A stretch of 64,000 nucleotides of DNA, from positions 1-64,000 of IMG/VR virus record IMGVR_UViG_3300020190_000010. One strand, given 5' to 3'. The notes under the pieces were generated by a model that was not told where the DNA came from, did no database searches, and was given only the letters and a program-made list of their open reading frames with translations. Source of the DNA: a virus. The position numbers and the translations under genes were made by a program. Positions 7,366-16,301 of this stretch are shown piece after piece; the first letter of the stretch is position 1; the number at the start of each line of letters is the position of its first letter.

Positions 7366-7872
7366 TTAAATTTTTTCCATGACAAAATTAGTTGCGGTTT
7401 GTGCATACATATCACTTAAATAGTATGCTTCAATTTCATAAGGATTTTTATAGTAACCATGTTCTTTGTTCCATCGTTCATACCAACCGCCCTTTGTGGG
7501 TTGTAGGTAATGTATGTATTCATGTATGATAGTCTTGATAAAGACTTTAGCAGTTCTATGGCCACGAACCTTAAGCGATATTGTATTGGTATCTGGATCA
7601 TATCTTGCAATAGATTGTTTGTCATTGTCATCACTATCAAGAGTATTCCATTCCCAAGAAATATACGGATGTTCTCTATTGGTGTTCATACCAAAGGTAT
7701 CAATACACCAGTCAATAGTATGGTCAATTATAGATGAAATAATATCATCGGAAACATTCTTGCGAGACAGATACATAGTTTCCGCCGGTATTGGTTTTAC
7801 CGGCGGAGCCATTGCAAATCGTTTAAGTGATTTTGTTTTAACCATTCTTTTTACTCGCCGATAATAACTCAT
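7366..7872 (-). CDS. zincin metallopeptidase-like protein
   Basis: TIIHEYIHYLQ (HExxH) with downstream PYEIEA. Confidence 0.75.
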   Translation of the reverse strand: MSYYRRVKRMVKTKSLKRFAMAPPVKPIPAETMYLSRKNVSDDIISSIIDHTIDWCIDTFGMNTNREHPYISWEWNTLDSDDNDKQSIARYDPDTNTISLKVRGHRTAKVFIKTIIHEYIHYLQPTKGGWYERWNKEHGYYKNPYEIEAYYLSDMYAQTATNFVMEKI

Positions 7873-9976
7873 CGTTCATGGCCTTAACAACTTTTGCAAT
7901 TTCATCAGCACGACGCAAGTGAACACAATTTGTTTTGTATGTTTCAACAACTTTACAGAAATCATGGGCACCACCAATGAAGTATGTGAGGACATTGATA
8001 CCGCGAGCACGCATACGCTCAACTTGTTTTCTGGAGTGTGTCTGAGCGGACTGTCCACGATATGAAAAATGTTGTTTATCATGTGTCATAAATGGTTCGC
8101 CGTCACATAGGTTGATAAAGTAAGCATCCGTATTAGCAGATTGTTTGATGATTTCACCCATGATTGCCTCAAAACAAAGTCCTTCTGGTGTTGTATTAGT
8201 GACATAGATTGTCTCAAAAACATCACGAATGTGAGCAATGTTATGTTTGGTTGAATCATATAGGTAAATAAGATAAGGTGTATCGTGCATTGATGATTTA
8301 CCTCTACCACCACTATAATTATCTGAATATACAGAACGAGCACTAACTACAACATGAAGGTTCTTAATTTGTTTAGCAGCAACCGCAAACATCACAGCAA
8401 GTTTGACTGATTCTTCAAACTTGTCACCAGACATTGAACCGGATTGGTCAATTGATAAGTGAATGAATGATGGTTGGTATTCGTGGATAGTAATTTGTTT
8501 GAAGATTTCATAATTACTACTACCAATTTCATGTAACAATCTTGCATCAATTCTGCCAGATTTGAGACGGGTAGAAGTAGTTACTCTTTCTTCGTTACGA
8601 ATTTGCAACTTCTTGGCGAGCACTTTACCTAAAGCAATGTATCTGGATACATCGCGTCTTCTCCAGCCGGATTTACGAACACCGAATGGTGCAGACACAT
8701 CACTTTCCATAAATTTACGGTTGATATTACGGACAATAAAAGTTTTGATACCGCGTGGATTAAATCTACCGTAGTCATCCTCAAAATTCTTGGCAACAAT
8801 TTGTTCGTCAAGATCCACAGAAGATACCGCATCAACCTTCTGAGCATCAGCTTTGGACAACTTTGTTTTTTTGGTATCACCGTTGATAAGGTCTCTTTGT
8901 TTCTGAAACAACTTTTCAACTTGTTCTCTTTGTTTGTCTGTTAGTGGTTTGTCACTAACGCCGTCTGGAATAGGATTTGGTCTACCAGTGGTTGGTTCCA
9001 TATCGTCACCTTCACCGTCACCTATGCCACCACCGTCACCATAACCGTCTTGGTCATCTGGTTGGTCATCTTTTTCAATCTCACTTAATTGTTTCAGAAT
9101 GATACCGGCAACCGTATAAGCAAGTTTGATACGGTCTTCATCAGTTTTCAATCTACGAATGTTCTGCAAGTCAAGCGTGTCCCAAACTAATTGCAATGCA
9201 GGTAGGGCATTGAGATTACGGTATGGGCTACGGAAATTACACAAGTGAAAAAGATAATTGTGTGCCGTAGGTTTCATAAATTCTTCGTCATAGAAAGCAC
9301 GGGTTACTTTCTCGTCACCGAAGAATTTATTGTAAAGAGATTTGTAATAGATACGATATCCGGGAGCAGCCGTATATGTCATCGCATCAATATACAAGTC
9401 TTCAATGATATTGACAAGAGATTTGAAAAAGTTTTGTTTATCGGTATAACCTTCAAACAATTTTTCTATATCACCTTGTTCTTGAAACAGATAATTACCG
9501 TTTTCATCCCTCAAATGTTGATGGGCATGATATACCAGATTAGATACTGCATCACGAAACTTTCCCATATCCGTATAAAGAATGTGGCTACTTTCATGTA
9601 GGGCAAGGCCAACATTTGAGTCAAAGTCTTTTTCATTTATGGATGCAGAAAGGTGAACGGTTTTTCCATCGGTCATATTTTGACCATTGTTGTTGTATTG
9701 GACATGAATGTTTGGATCACCGGTCATAATATGAACAAAGTTTGCAACGGCTCGTTGGTATTGTGCGAGGGCAAAGTAGTCATATTTTTCTTCTTTGAAG
9801 CCATATTCATGTTCAAACATGGATTGTTTCTTATCAAACAAGCTACCTTTGAGCCAGTAATTGGTTCCGGCTGAATACTCGTCCTGATAATTAGACGCAT
9901 ATTTGTTCCAAAATTGGTTTGTTCTAGCACTTGCTTCTGCAAGCATACCTTTTACGGACTTTTTGAAAATACTCAT
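7838..9976 (-). CDS. VWA-domain protein with N-terminal HExxH domain (CobT-like MoxR partner)
   Basis: GLALHESSH; acidic linker; MIDAS DQSGSMS, TPEG, LCDGEP. Confidence 0.85.
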   Translation of the reverse strand: MSIFKKSVKGMLAEASARTNQFWNKYASNYQDEYSAGTNYWLKGSLFDKKQSMFEHEYGFKEEKYDYFALAQYQRAVANFVHIMTGDPNIHVQYNNNGQNMTDGKTVHLSASINEKDFDSNVGLALHESSHILYTDMGKFRDAVSNLVYHAHQHLRDENGNYLFQEQGDIEKLFEGYTDKQNFFKSLVNIIEDLYIDAMTYTAAPGYRIYYKSLYNKFFGDEKVTRAFYDEEFMKPTAHNYLFHLCNFRSPYRNLNALPALQLVWDTLDLQNIRRLKTDEDRIKLAYTVAGIILKQLSEIEKDDQPDDQDGYGDGGGIGDGEGDDMEPTTGRPNPIPDGVSDKPLTDKQREQVEKLFQKQRDLINGDTKKTKLSKADAQKVDAVSSVDLDEQIVAKNFEDDYGRFNPRGIKTFIVRNINRKFMESDVSAPFGVRKSGWRRRDVSRYIALGKVLAKKLQIRNEERVTTSTRLKSGRIDARLLHEIGSSNYEIFKQITIHEYQPSFIHLSIDQSGSMSGDKFEESVKLAVMFAVAAKQIKNLHVVVSARSVYSDNYSGGRGKSSMHDTPYLIYLYDSTKHNIAHIRDVFETIYVTNTTPEGLCFEAIMGEIIKQSANTDAYFINLCDGEPFMTHDKQHFSYRGQSAQTHSRKQVERMRARGINVLTYFIGGAHDFCKVVETYKTNCVHLRRADEIAKVVKAMNDELLSASKKNG

Positions 9977-10021
9977 TACATATCCCTTATGGTTGTTATT
10001 GGTTGTTTGTATAAATATAAC

Positions 10022-10049
10022 ATAGTGTGGAAGCGAACCCCCACACTAT
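10022..10049 (-). other. intergenic hairpin between the AAA and VWA genes
   Basis: ATAGTGTGG...CCACACTAT stem, followed on the minus strand by TATATTTATA and two AACAACC. Confidence 0.55.
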
Positions 10050-10069
10050 TTTTAGAAAAGTGGTTCATT

Positions 10070-11017
10070 TCAAGATTTAGCAGTATCGCCTTCATCGAAC
10101 ATATTGTCATTATCAAGACTGTCAATAGGAATAAACTTTTGAACAATCTGGCGAACATAAGTTCTCTCACTATCAGCACCACCTTCTTCGGTGAAATATG
10201 GGAATACACACACTTCAAGTGCCTCACCGATAGTAAAGCCGTCACATATAAGAGCAGCAGCACGGAGGATGGTTCTGGTTGATATTGTGGTTGAAACTTT
10301 ACCGTGACCGGAAAGAACTTCGGTGTAAACTTGTGTATAGATTGAGGACAAAATATCTACTGTTTTTTCGTCAAGGTTTGGACAAACATAATTGATAAGT
10401 TTACCTTGTTGTGTTTTGTCCAACAAATCCATTTCAAGAAGGAGAAAACGGTCTTGGATAGCACGGTCAATTACACGGGTTGAGGTATATTCCACACCGA
10501 TATTGGCGGTAGCAAGGAAAGAAACACCGGGTGCAACCTTGATAACTTCTGCATCAGGACTTTCATCTACACGCACATATCTTTGTCCGTCATCAAGAAC
10601 GGTCATCAAGATATTCCATGCCTCTGGATGGGCACGGGATAATTCATCGAGCAGGATAACAGCATCCTCAATCTGAATTGCCTTGATAAAGGTTGATTGA
10701 TTGAAATATGTTCCTGTTGATTTGTCAAAATGTGTGGTGCCAATGAGAGCCGTTCTTGGATCCTGCGTTGAACCCAAATTGAAATAAAAGAACGGTCTAT
10801 CCATTGCGTCTGCAACCGTTCTGACGGCAAGTGTTTTACCGGAACCTGCAGGACCAGTTATCATAAGATTTTGACCACGGAGAACACTACGGACAAGATA
10901 TTTCCATTTTATGTCCGAAAGAATTAAAGACTCCGGGCGGAATGATGGAGCTGTAGCAACAATATCTGCAACAGACAAATTTTGTGTTTTGGTTTTGGTT
11001 GTTTTGGTTCTAGACAT
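10070..11017 (-). CDS. MoxR/CbbQ/CobS-family AAA+ ATPase
   Basis: Walker A GPAGSGKT, Walker B ILLDELSR, ATAN sensor, DRAIQDRF arginine finger. Confidence 0.9.
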   Translation of the reverse strand: MSRTKTTKTKTQNLSVADIVATAPSFRPESLILSDIKWKYLVRSVLRGQNLMITGPAGSGKTLAVRTVADAMDRPFFYFNLGSTQDPRTALIGTTHFDKSTGTYFNQSTFIKAIQIEDAVILLDELSRAHPEAWNILMTVLDDGQRYVRVDESPDAEVIKVAPGVSFLATANIGVEYTSTRVIDRAIQDRFLLLEMDLLDKTQQGKLINYVCPNLDEKTVDILSSIYTQVYTEVLSGHGKVSTTISTRTILRAAALICDGFTIGEALEVCVFPYFTEEGGADSERTYVRQIVQKFIPIDSLDNDNMFDEGDTAKS

Positions 11018-11061
11018 AGAACAATTCCTGTAAGAAATGAATAAGGTTGTTTTTTAACATA

Positions 11062-11097
11062 TACGAATATAAGGCATTTTATTGAGAGATCAAAGCA
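11062..11097 (-). promoter_or_regulatory. early promoter (-33/-7 type)
   Basis: TGCTTTGATCTCTCAATAAAATGCCTTATATTCGTA. Confidence 0.75.
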
Positions 11098-11369
11098 TTA
11101 TTTTGATTTTTTTTGTTAATTTTAGATAATTTCTTATCTACCAAAAACTTAACTGCATCTTCGTGAACCATATATTTTACTTTCTTTTGGTTCTCTTTCT
11201 GAATTTTCATAACAAGAGTTTGATCAACTACGGGTTTCTCTTGTATTTTGTAACTTTGATATTTTCGGGTTCTTCCATTTGTAAGACGGCGAACATATTG
11301 GAATGAACATCCGAGAATTTTTGCAACTTCTGGTACTGTGTACCATTTTCCTTGTGGGGTGTCAATCAT
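11079..11369 (-). CDS. helix-turn-helix DNA-binding protein (excisionase/MerR-like)
   Basis: WYTVPEVAKILGCSFQYVRRL. Confidence 0.7.
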   Translation of the reverse strand: MIDTPQGKWYTVPEVAKILGCSFQYVRRLTNGRTRKYQSYKIQEKPVVDQTLVMKIQKENQKKVKYMVHEDAVKFLVDKKLSKINKKNQNNALISQ

Positions 11370-11944
11370 TTCTTTCTCCTGGTTGTTTTGGTTGGTTTAA
11401 TAGATTTAGTTATCGTTTTCTTTGTAGTTTTCTTCGTTGTCTTCGCAGTCTTCGGTTTGGCAGTTTTCTTCTTCGTAGTTCTCGTAGCCGCCTTTGCAGG
11501 TGTCTTTTTCTTCTTCAACTTTTTGGTTATCTCTGCGGAAATTTTATCATCAAGCGTGACTTTCTTTTTCTTGTTTGGTGTTGCGGGTTTGATTTCTGTT
11601 GCCGGTAAACTACCGAACAATTCTGGTTTTTCTACGCCCTTATGATATACCTTGCCGTTCTCATGTACAAATTCCTTAAAAAATTTCCAACCGCGAGGAA
11701 AGCCAGTCGAAACTGTTTTCTCATTGAGAGTAGGACCTGGAATCTTTCCAGCAACACATCGCCAACAAGTGGCAGAGACAACACCTTCCATGACACGCAG
11801 TTTTTCGTTACAGTCACGACCAGAATACCATTTACTTGCGGGATTTCCACCTTCACAAGTTACGGTTCGCATCTTGATATTTTCAAGATTTCTTGTTTGT
11901 TTCTTTGCAGTTCCTTTGCGTTTCATATTTTGTTTCCTTATCAT
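11366..11944 (-). CDS. basic protein with Cys cluster and Lys/Thr-rich histone-H1-like tail
   Basis: C..C..CWRC, PRGWKF; C-terminal KKTAKPKTAKTTKKTTKK. Confidence 0.7.
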   Translation of the reverse strand: MIRKQNMKRKGTAKKQTRNLENIKMRTVTCEGGNPASKWYSGRDCNEKLRVMEGVVSATCWRCVAGKIPGPTLNEKTVSTGFPRGWKFFKEFVHENGKVYHKGVEKPELFGSLPATEIKPATPNKKKKVTLDDKISAEITKKLKKKKTPAKAATRTTKKKTAKPKTAKTTKKTTKKTITKSIKPTKTTRRKK

Positions 11945-11979
11945 AATAAATTATTTCTCAATACCGTTGTTGTGGTGGA

Positions 11980-12312
11980 TTAAATATGGTTTGTGATTAC
12001 CATACCACCATTTTCAGAAGAATATCTACCGATAGGTGTCCAATTTTGGCTATGAGGCCAAGGTTGGTTGTTCAAGAACCACATCCAATTTTTTTGGTGA
12101 ATACGGACACCAGGAATACCGTTCAATCTTTCTTTGGTAGTATTAGTTTCCCAACCGGCAGAACGAACATAAATAATTCCGTCAGTATCGTCAATCTTTG
12201 CAATGGCATGGCCATGTAGGTATAAGGTTGTGCCGTCTGTTTGGGTATTGTCTCTGCGGAATTTTTTACGCATCAACCAATTTGATACGGCGAGCTGTGT
12301 TACTTGTCTCAT
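11980..12312 (-). CDS. conserved hypothetical phage early protein
   Basis: LYLHGHAIA...AGWETNTTKERLN; directly after tandem promoters. Confidence 0.7.
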   Translation of the reverse strand: MRQVTQLAVSNWLMRKKFRRDNTQTDGTTLYLHGHAIAKIDDTDGIIYVRSAGWETNTTKERLNGIPGVRIHQKNWMWFLNNQPWPHSQNWTPIGRYSSENGGMVITNHI

Positions 12313-12351
12313 TTTGAGATCCTTGAATATGTGGTTGTTATCAGTTTACAA

Positions 12352-12483
12352 TACAAATGTAAGGCATTGCCAACTAAGATCAAAGCAATTTTTGAAATAA
12401 TTGTAACAATGTTCATATTTGTTTGTTTGGTTGTCATCATTGCATATTACAAATATAAGGCATTTTTTTGTAAGATCAAAGCA
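12352..12483 (-). promoter_or_regulatory. two tandem early promoters (12352-12387, 12448-12483)
   Basis: TGCTTTGATCTTA-N9-TGCCTTA(C/T)ATTTGTA twice. Confidence 0.8.
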
Positions 12484-12499
12484 ATAATGAAAATAATTT

Positions 12500-12593
12500 G
12501 TAAACCGTTGATTTTTAAGGAGTTACGCTAAGTCTATAAAAATCAAGGACTTACGCCGGAAATGACGTAAATCCTTGAAATATAAAGACTTAA
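12500..12593. repeat. three 27-bp imperfect palindromes (12500-12526, 12528-12554, 12567-12593)
   Basis: GTAAACCGTTGATTTTTAAGGAGTTAC / CTAAGTCTATAAAAATCAAGGACTTAC / GTAAATCCTTGAAATATAAAGACTTAA. Confidence 0.7.
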
Positions 12594-12600
12594 CCGATTT

Positions 12601-13038
12601 TTACTGAATATTCAGCAAAACATCTGGTCTTTTTACTATTTCTACATTCCCAAATTCATCATCGAAAAGAACATTCTCTTTATCCCATGATACAATTTGA
12701 TCCGGTGTAAGACATCCGTATCTTTGAAAATATGAACCATATTCTTCAAACATATCATCAATTTCATCGAAACTTGTGTCTAAATCAAAAATAGGTATTC
12801 CACTATCTTCATTGTCATTATACCACAATGAATTTTCAAATTTACCAAACTTGTTCATGTATTCACCTTTTTGTTCATCATGTTGAATGGATGACATAAT
12901 CCATTCAAAGATATTTTCACGACTGATTTCAAGAGCACTATACTTTTCTTTTAAGTCTTGTAAATCATTTGAATTTGAAACCAACTCAAAATTCTTCTTA
13001 AATTCATCAAGTAGTTGATTAAATTTTTCATTGCTCAT
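12601..13038 (-). CDS. hypothetical acidic protein
   Basis: Likely start MSNEKF at 13038, overlapping the upstream stop. Confidence 0.65.
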   Translation of the reverse strand: MSNEKFNQLLDEFKKNFELVSNSNDLQDLKEKYSALEISRENIFEWIMSSIQHDEQKGEYMNKFGKFENSLWYNDNEDSGIPIFDLDTSFDEIDDMFEEYGSYFQRYGCLTPDQIVSWDKENVLFDDEFGNVEIVKRPDVLLNIQ

Positions 13039-13234
13039 AGATACAATCCACAATTTTTGATTCTGCAATAGTTTTGACTTCAAATGGTTCGGTGCTATCT
13101 TTTAGATACTTATTCACCAAAACTTCTGCATCGGTTACTGAAACTGCACTAACTAGATAGGTGCGGTTGTGTTTTTTTACTTTACCTTGTTCATTTGTGA
13201 TTTCAAATTGAACTTTTGCGAGGTAGAACGCCAT
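13028..13234 (-). CDS. DUF4494-like protein
   Basis: MAFYLAKVQFEITNEQGKVKK..TYLVSAVSVTDAE resembles the Bacteroidota DUF4494 family; start revised. Confidence 0.65.
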   Translation of the reverse strand: MAFYLAKVQFEITNEQGKVKKHNRTYLVSAVSVTDAEVLVNKYLKDSTEPFEVKTIAESKIVDCIYEQ

Positions 13235-13276
13235 AACAATTCCTTTGGAAATGTGAAATAAAATGATTATATTTGA

Positions 13277-13312
13277 TACGAATATAAGAAATAGTTTGAT
13301 ACGAAGCAAGCA
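13277..13312 (-). promoter_or_regulatory. -33/-7 promoter
   Basis: TGCTTG-N20-TATATTCG. Confidence 0.65.
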
Positions 13313-13360
13313 ATTTTTGAAATTTTTTATTATAGTTATTATTTTCAACAAGGGAAAACA

Positions 13361-14014
13361 ATGTTAAGGTTTATTTTAGTATTATTGTTGGCATCATCTA
13401 TTACTTGGGGGAAGGAATGGGTTATTAAGTTGCCACTCAAAAAAGTTCGGGTGTATTCATCTGATACACTACGCCACCCATCATGGTATTCTGTAAAGTA
13501 TAAATTGAGGAATATGATAAATCTATCGTTCTTTACTACAAAGGCGGTAGTTCCACCGTTCAAGAACCATGATTATATCAAACCAAACAACCCACATGGT
13601 TGGCCATTTGTATCTATTGATGATCCACATGATTTTGGTGTTCCAAATTTAAGACCACATTTACACTTCAGCGACCGGTTTGGTGTACCTGCTATATGGT
13701 CAAAATACATCTTTGCGGGGACGCCACTACTCGTTAAGGATAGTTTACCACAAAAGATAGGTAAAAACAGTTTTACAACAGCCAGACGGCCGAGAACGGT
13801 GTTTGGCAGTCATCATCAAGATAGTGTGTTCATTTACATCAATACTGGTATCAGAGTGGTAGATTTACCAAAAAGATTATTGGAACTTGGTTGTAAGGAT
13901 GCCATCAACATGGATGGTGGCGGTTCAACATTCCTATATCGTGGTAACAAATATGATTATGTTCAAATGCCAATTAAAAAAATGAGGAAATATCCGAATG
14001 TTCTTGCTTGGTAA
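13361..14014 (+). CDS. exported phosphodiester glycosidase (NAGPA family)
   Basis: Signal peptide; RRPRTVFG and AINMDGGGST motifs. Confidence 0.8.
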   Translation: MLRFILVLLLASSITWGKEWVIKLPLKKVRVYSSDTLRHPSWYSVKYKLRNMINLSFFTTKAVVPPFKNHDYIKPNNPHGWPFVSIDDPHDFGVPNLRPHLHFSDRFGVPAIWSKYIFAGTPLLVKDSLPQKIGKNSFTTARRPRTVFGSHHQDSVFIYINTGIRVVDLPKRLLELGCKDAINMDGGGSTFLYRGNKYDYVQMPIKKMRKYPNVLAW

Positions 14015-14058
14015 TAATAATTGCTTTGATCATATAGGTAAAATGTATTATCTTGCCA

Positions 14059-14128
14059 GTGAACACGGAGAAAGTGTGAACACAAAGAAAGTGATCAGAT
14101 ATAGATCTAATATAGATCTATAGATCTA
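14059..14128. repeat. 17-bp tandem repeat plus AGATCT cluster/palindrome
   Basis: GTGAACACnnAGAAAGT x2 (14059-14092); TAGATCTATAGATCTA palindrome at 14113-14128. Confidence 0.7.
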
Positions 14129-14141
14129 AGAAGTAAAAAAG

Positions 14142-14205
14142 TGCTTGCTACATATTTATATTTTTCGTATCTTTGATAGATACTCAAAGTAAGTTCTTTG
14201 AAAAC
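14142..14205 (+). promoter_or_regulatory. -33/-7 promoter followed by boxA-like element
   Basis: TGCTTG-N20-TATCTTTG, then AGTTCTTTGAAAAC. Confidence 0.65.
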
Positions 14206-14288
14206 ATGGTCGGTATATGTTTTAACCATATCGTTAATTTCAACGGAATGGTTCGTTAAATATATTATCCATAAATGAGGACAAGATT

Positions 14289-14792
14289 ATGACTAACAAA
14301 TGTAAACGGGTTATATCATTGTTTTTCATTGGTTTCTGTTTTCCGTTAGTAGCAATGACTACTACTCTAAACAGAAGTGCTGAAATAAAATCGGTAACAA
14401 TGAAAAAAGTGCTATATTCATCTATCGTTTGGGTTGAGTCAAAAGGCAATGCAACCGCACGATCAAAGGATGGTTCACTTGGAATAGTTCAAATTTTACC
14501 AGTAATGGTGAAGGAAGTGAACCGTATCTGTAAAATGAAAGGTATCAATAAAACTTTTACTTTACAAGATAGGCTAAATCCTGAAAAGTCAGAACAAATG
14601 TTTTGGATTTTTCAGAATTTCTACAATCCCAACATTAACTGGGAAACCATCACAATGAGTGAGATGGAGATCATTGCACGAAAGTGGAATGGAGGTCCTA
14701 ATGGACATAAAAAAGGTGCTACTAAGCACTATTGGAATAAAGTTTCAAAGATGGTCTATAAAGACCTAAAAGAAAGGGGAGTTAAGGTATAA
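14289..14792 (+). CDS. lytic transglycosylase (SLT/lysozyme-like) with N-terminal signal/anchor
   Basis: IVWVESKGN catalytic Glu, GIVQI, ARKWNGGP. Confidence 0.85.
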   Translation: MTNKCKRVISLFFIGFCFPLVAMTTTLNRSAEIKSVTMKKVLYSSIVWVESKGNATARSKDGSLGIVQILPVMVKEVNRICKMKGINKTFTLQDRLNPEKSEQMFWIFQNFYNPNINWETITMSEMEIIARKWNGGPNGHKKGATKHYWNKVSKMVYKDLKERGVKV

Positions 14793-14896
14793 CAACTGTT
14801 ATATCATAAACGAGAGAATTTTTTTACATACCGACCATTTTTCTCTCGTAAAGTTTCTATTTATTTACAAACAGTTATCCATAATCGGAGAGTTAG

Positions 14897-15148
14897 GTGG
14901 AAATACTAACATCATTTTTATTAGGGTTTGTATCGATGTGGCTTGTGCTTAGACTTGATATAATGAAACCAAGTAAAGTTCAAATTAAAAATACAATGAT
15001 TGAAATGGCAACACAATATGGCGGTAATCAAAAAATCTGTAAAGAGTTAAAAGATTATTCCATCAAACAAATAAAGAATGGAAACTATGAGTATGTTGAA
15101 GTCATAGATATAATTAAAAGGCAAAATAATGACAAAACAAGAACATAA
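14897..15148 (+). CDS. small membrane-anchored protein
   Basis: N-terminal hydrophobic helix; SD GGAG. Confidence 0.6.
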   Translation: MEILTSFLLGFVSMWLVLRLDIMKPSKVQIKNTMIEMATQYGGNQKICKELKDYSIKQIKNGNYEYVEVIDIIKRQNNDKTRT

Positions 15149-15605
15149 ATTAAAATCCATGTTAAATTACTATGAAGTTAATTTAGGTGGAAAAAAGGAT
15201 GAAAAGATGTCAAAGAAAACATTAAGTAAATTTCTTGATAGCTTTAATAAAATTTATGACTTTTATACTCTTGAAGAAATAATGAGTAAAATTAAAGAAA
15301 AACGCAGAGAAGAAATAGATGGTGATGATGATGAACAAGACTTTATGATGCCACCAAAAGAATTACCAAACATGGATGAAGATACATTTGAAAATGAAAT
15401 GATGAAAAATCCTGAAGATTTTTTTGGTAAAAATAATTTGAAAGGTAAAGATAAAAACTTTAATGATTCAATAGATACCGATATAAATAAATTTCTGAAA
15501 TGGCTTACGATGATACTTTATACAGGTGACCATTCAGTTATTATTACAGAAGATAGAAATGGTATCAATATCAAATTGGTAAAAATAAATAAAGGCAAAA
15601 AATAA
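15129..15605 (+). CDS. hypothetical protein
   Basis: ORF overlapping or abutting its neighbours. Confidence 0.6.
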   Translation: MTKQEHKLKSMLNYYEVNLGGKKDEKMSKKTLSKFLDSFNKIYDFYTLEEIMSKIKEKRREEIDGDDDEQDFMMPPKELPNMDEDTFENEMMKNPEDFFGKNNLKGKDKNFNDSIDTDINKFLKWLTMILYTGDHSVIITEDRNGINIKLVKINKGKK

Positions 15606-15608
15606 GTT

Positions 15609-16289
15609 ATGTCCGTAAAATTAGTTTCAGTAACTCAACCTATAATTGAAAAAGGAAGCATGATCATTGAAGACATAAATCCTTTTGAAAAATTGTCTTC
15701 TGAAGAATTGATAGTTTATATTGCAAGAGTCAGTAATCCATCTAATCAGAAAAATATTCAAACAGCTTCTAAATTGATAAACTATTTGATTAAACATAAA
15801 CATTGGTCGCCATTTGAATTTGTAGATATGACAGTTGAAATAATTACTCGTAGAAGTATTGCTGCTCAAATTCTTCGTCACAAATCATTTTCATTTCAAG
15901 AATTTTCTCAAAGATATTCAACTGCAACTGAAATTCAACCGATTGAAATGCGTAAACAAGGAAAGACAAATAGACAAAGTAGTGAAGAAACTGTTTCGGA
16001 TTTTATACTTGAAAGGGATATTGAACAACACTTTGCAAATTCAAAAATGTTATATGATAAGTTAATAAAACAAGGTATTTCAAGAGAAACTGCTCGTGAT
16101 GTTCTTCCACTTTCAACAGAAACTACAATGTATATGAAAGGTTCTGTTAGAAGTTGGATCCACTATCTTGAACTACGATGTTCGCCTGATACACAGAAGG
16201 AACATAGACTAATTGCGGAAAGTATAAAATCAATTTTTAATAATCAATTTCCAAATATTTCAGAAGCACTAAATTGGAAAAATAATTAA
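15609..16289 (+). CDS. thyX: flavin-dependent thymidylate synthase
   Basis: HWSPFE, QILRHKSFSFQEFSQRY, ARDVLP, LRCSPDTQKEHR. Confidence 0.95.
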   Translation: MSVKLVSVTQPIIEKGSMIIEDINPFEKLSSEELIVYIARVSNPSNQKNIQTASKLINYLIKHKHWSPFEFVDMTVEIITRRSIAAQILRHKSFSFQEFSQRYSTATEIQPIEMRKQGKTNRQSSEETVSDFILERDIEQHFANSKMLYDKLIKQGISRETARDVLPLSTETTMYMKGSVRSWIHYLELRCSPDTQKEHRLIAESIKSIFNNQFPNISEALNWKNN

Positions 16290-16301
16290 GGATAGAATAA
16301 A

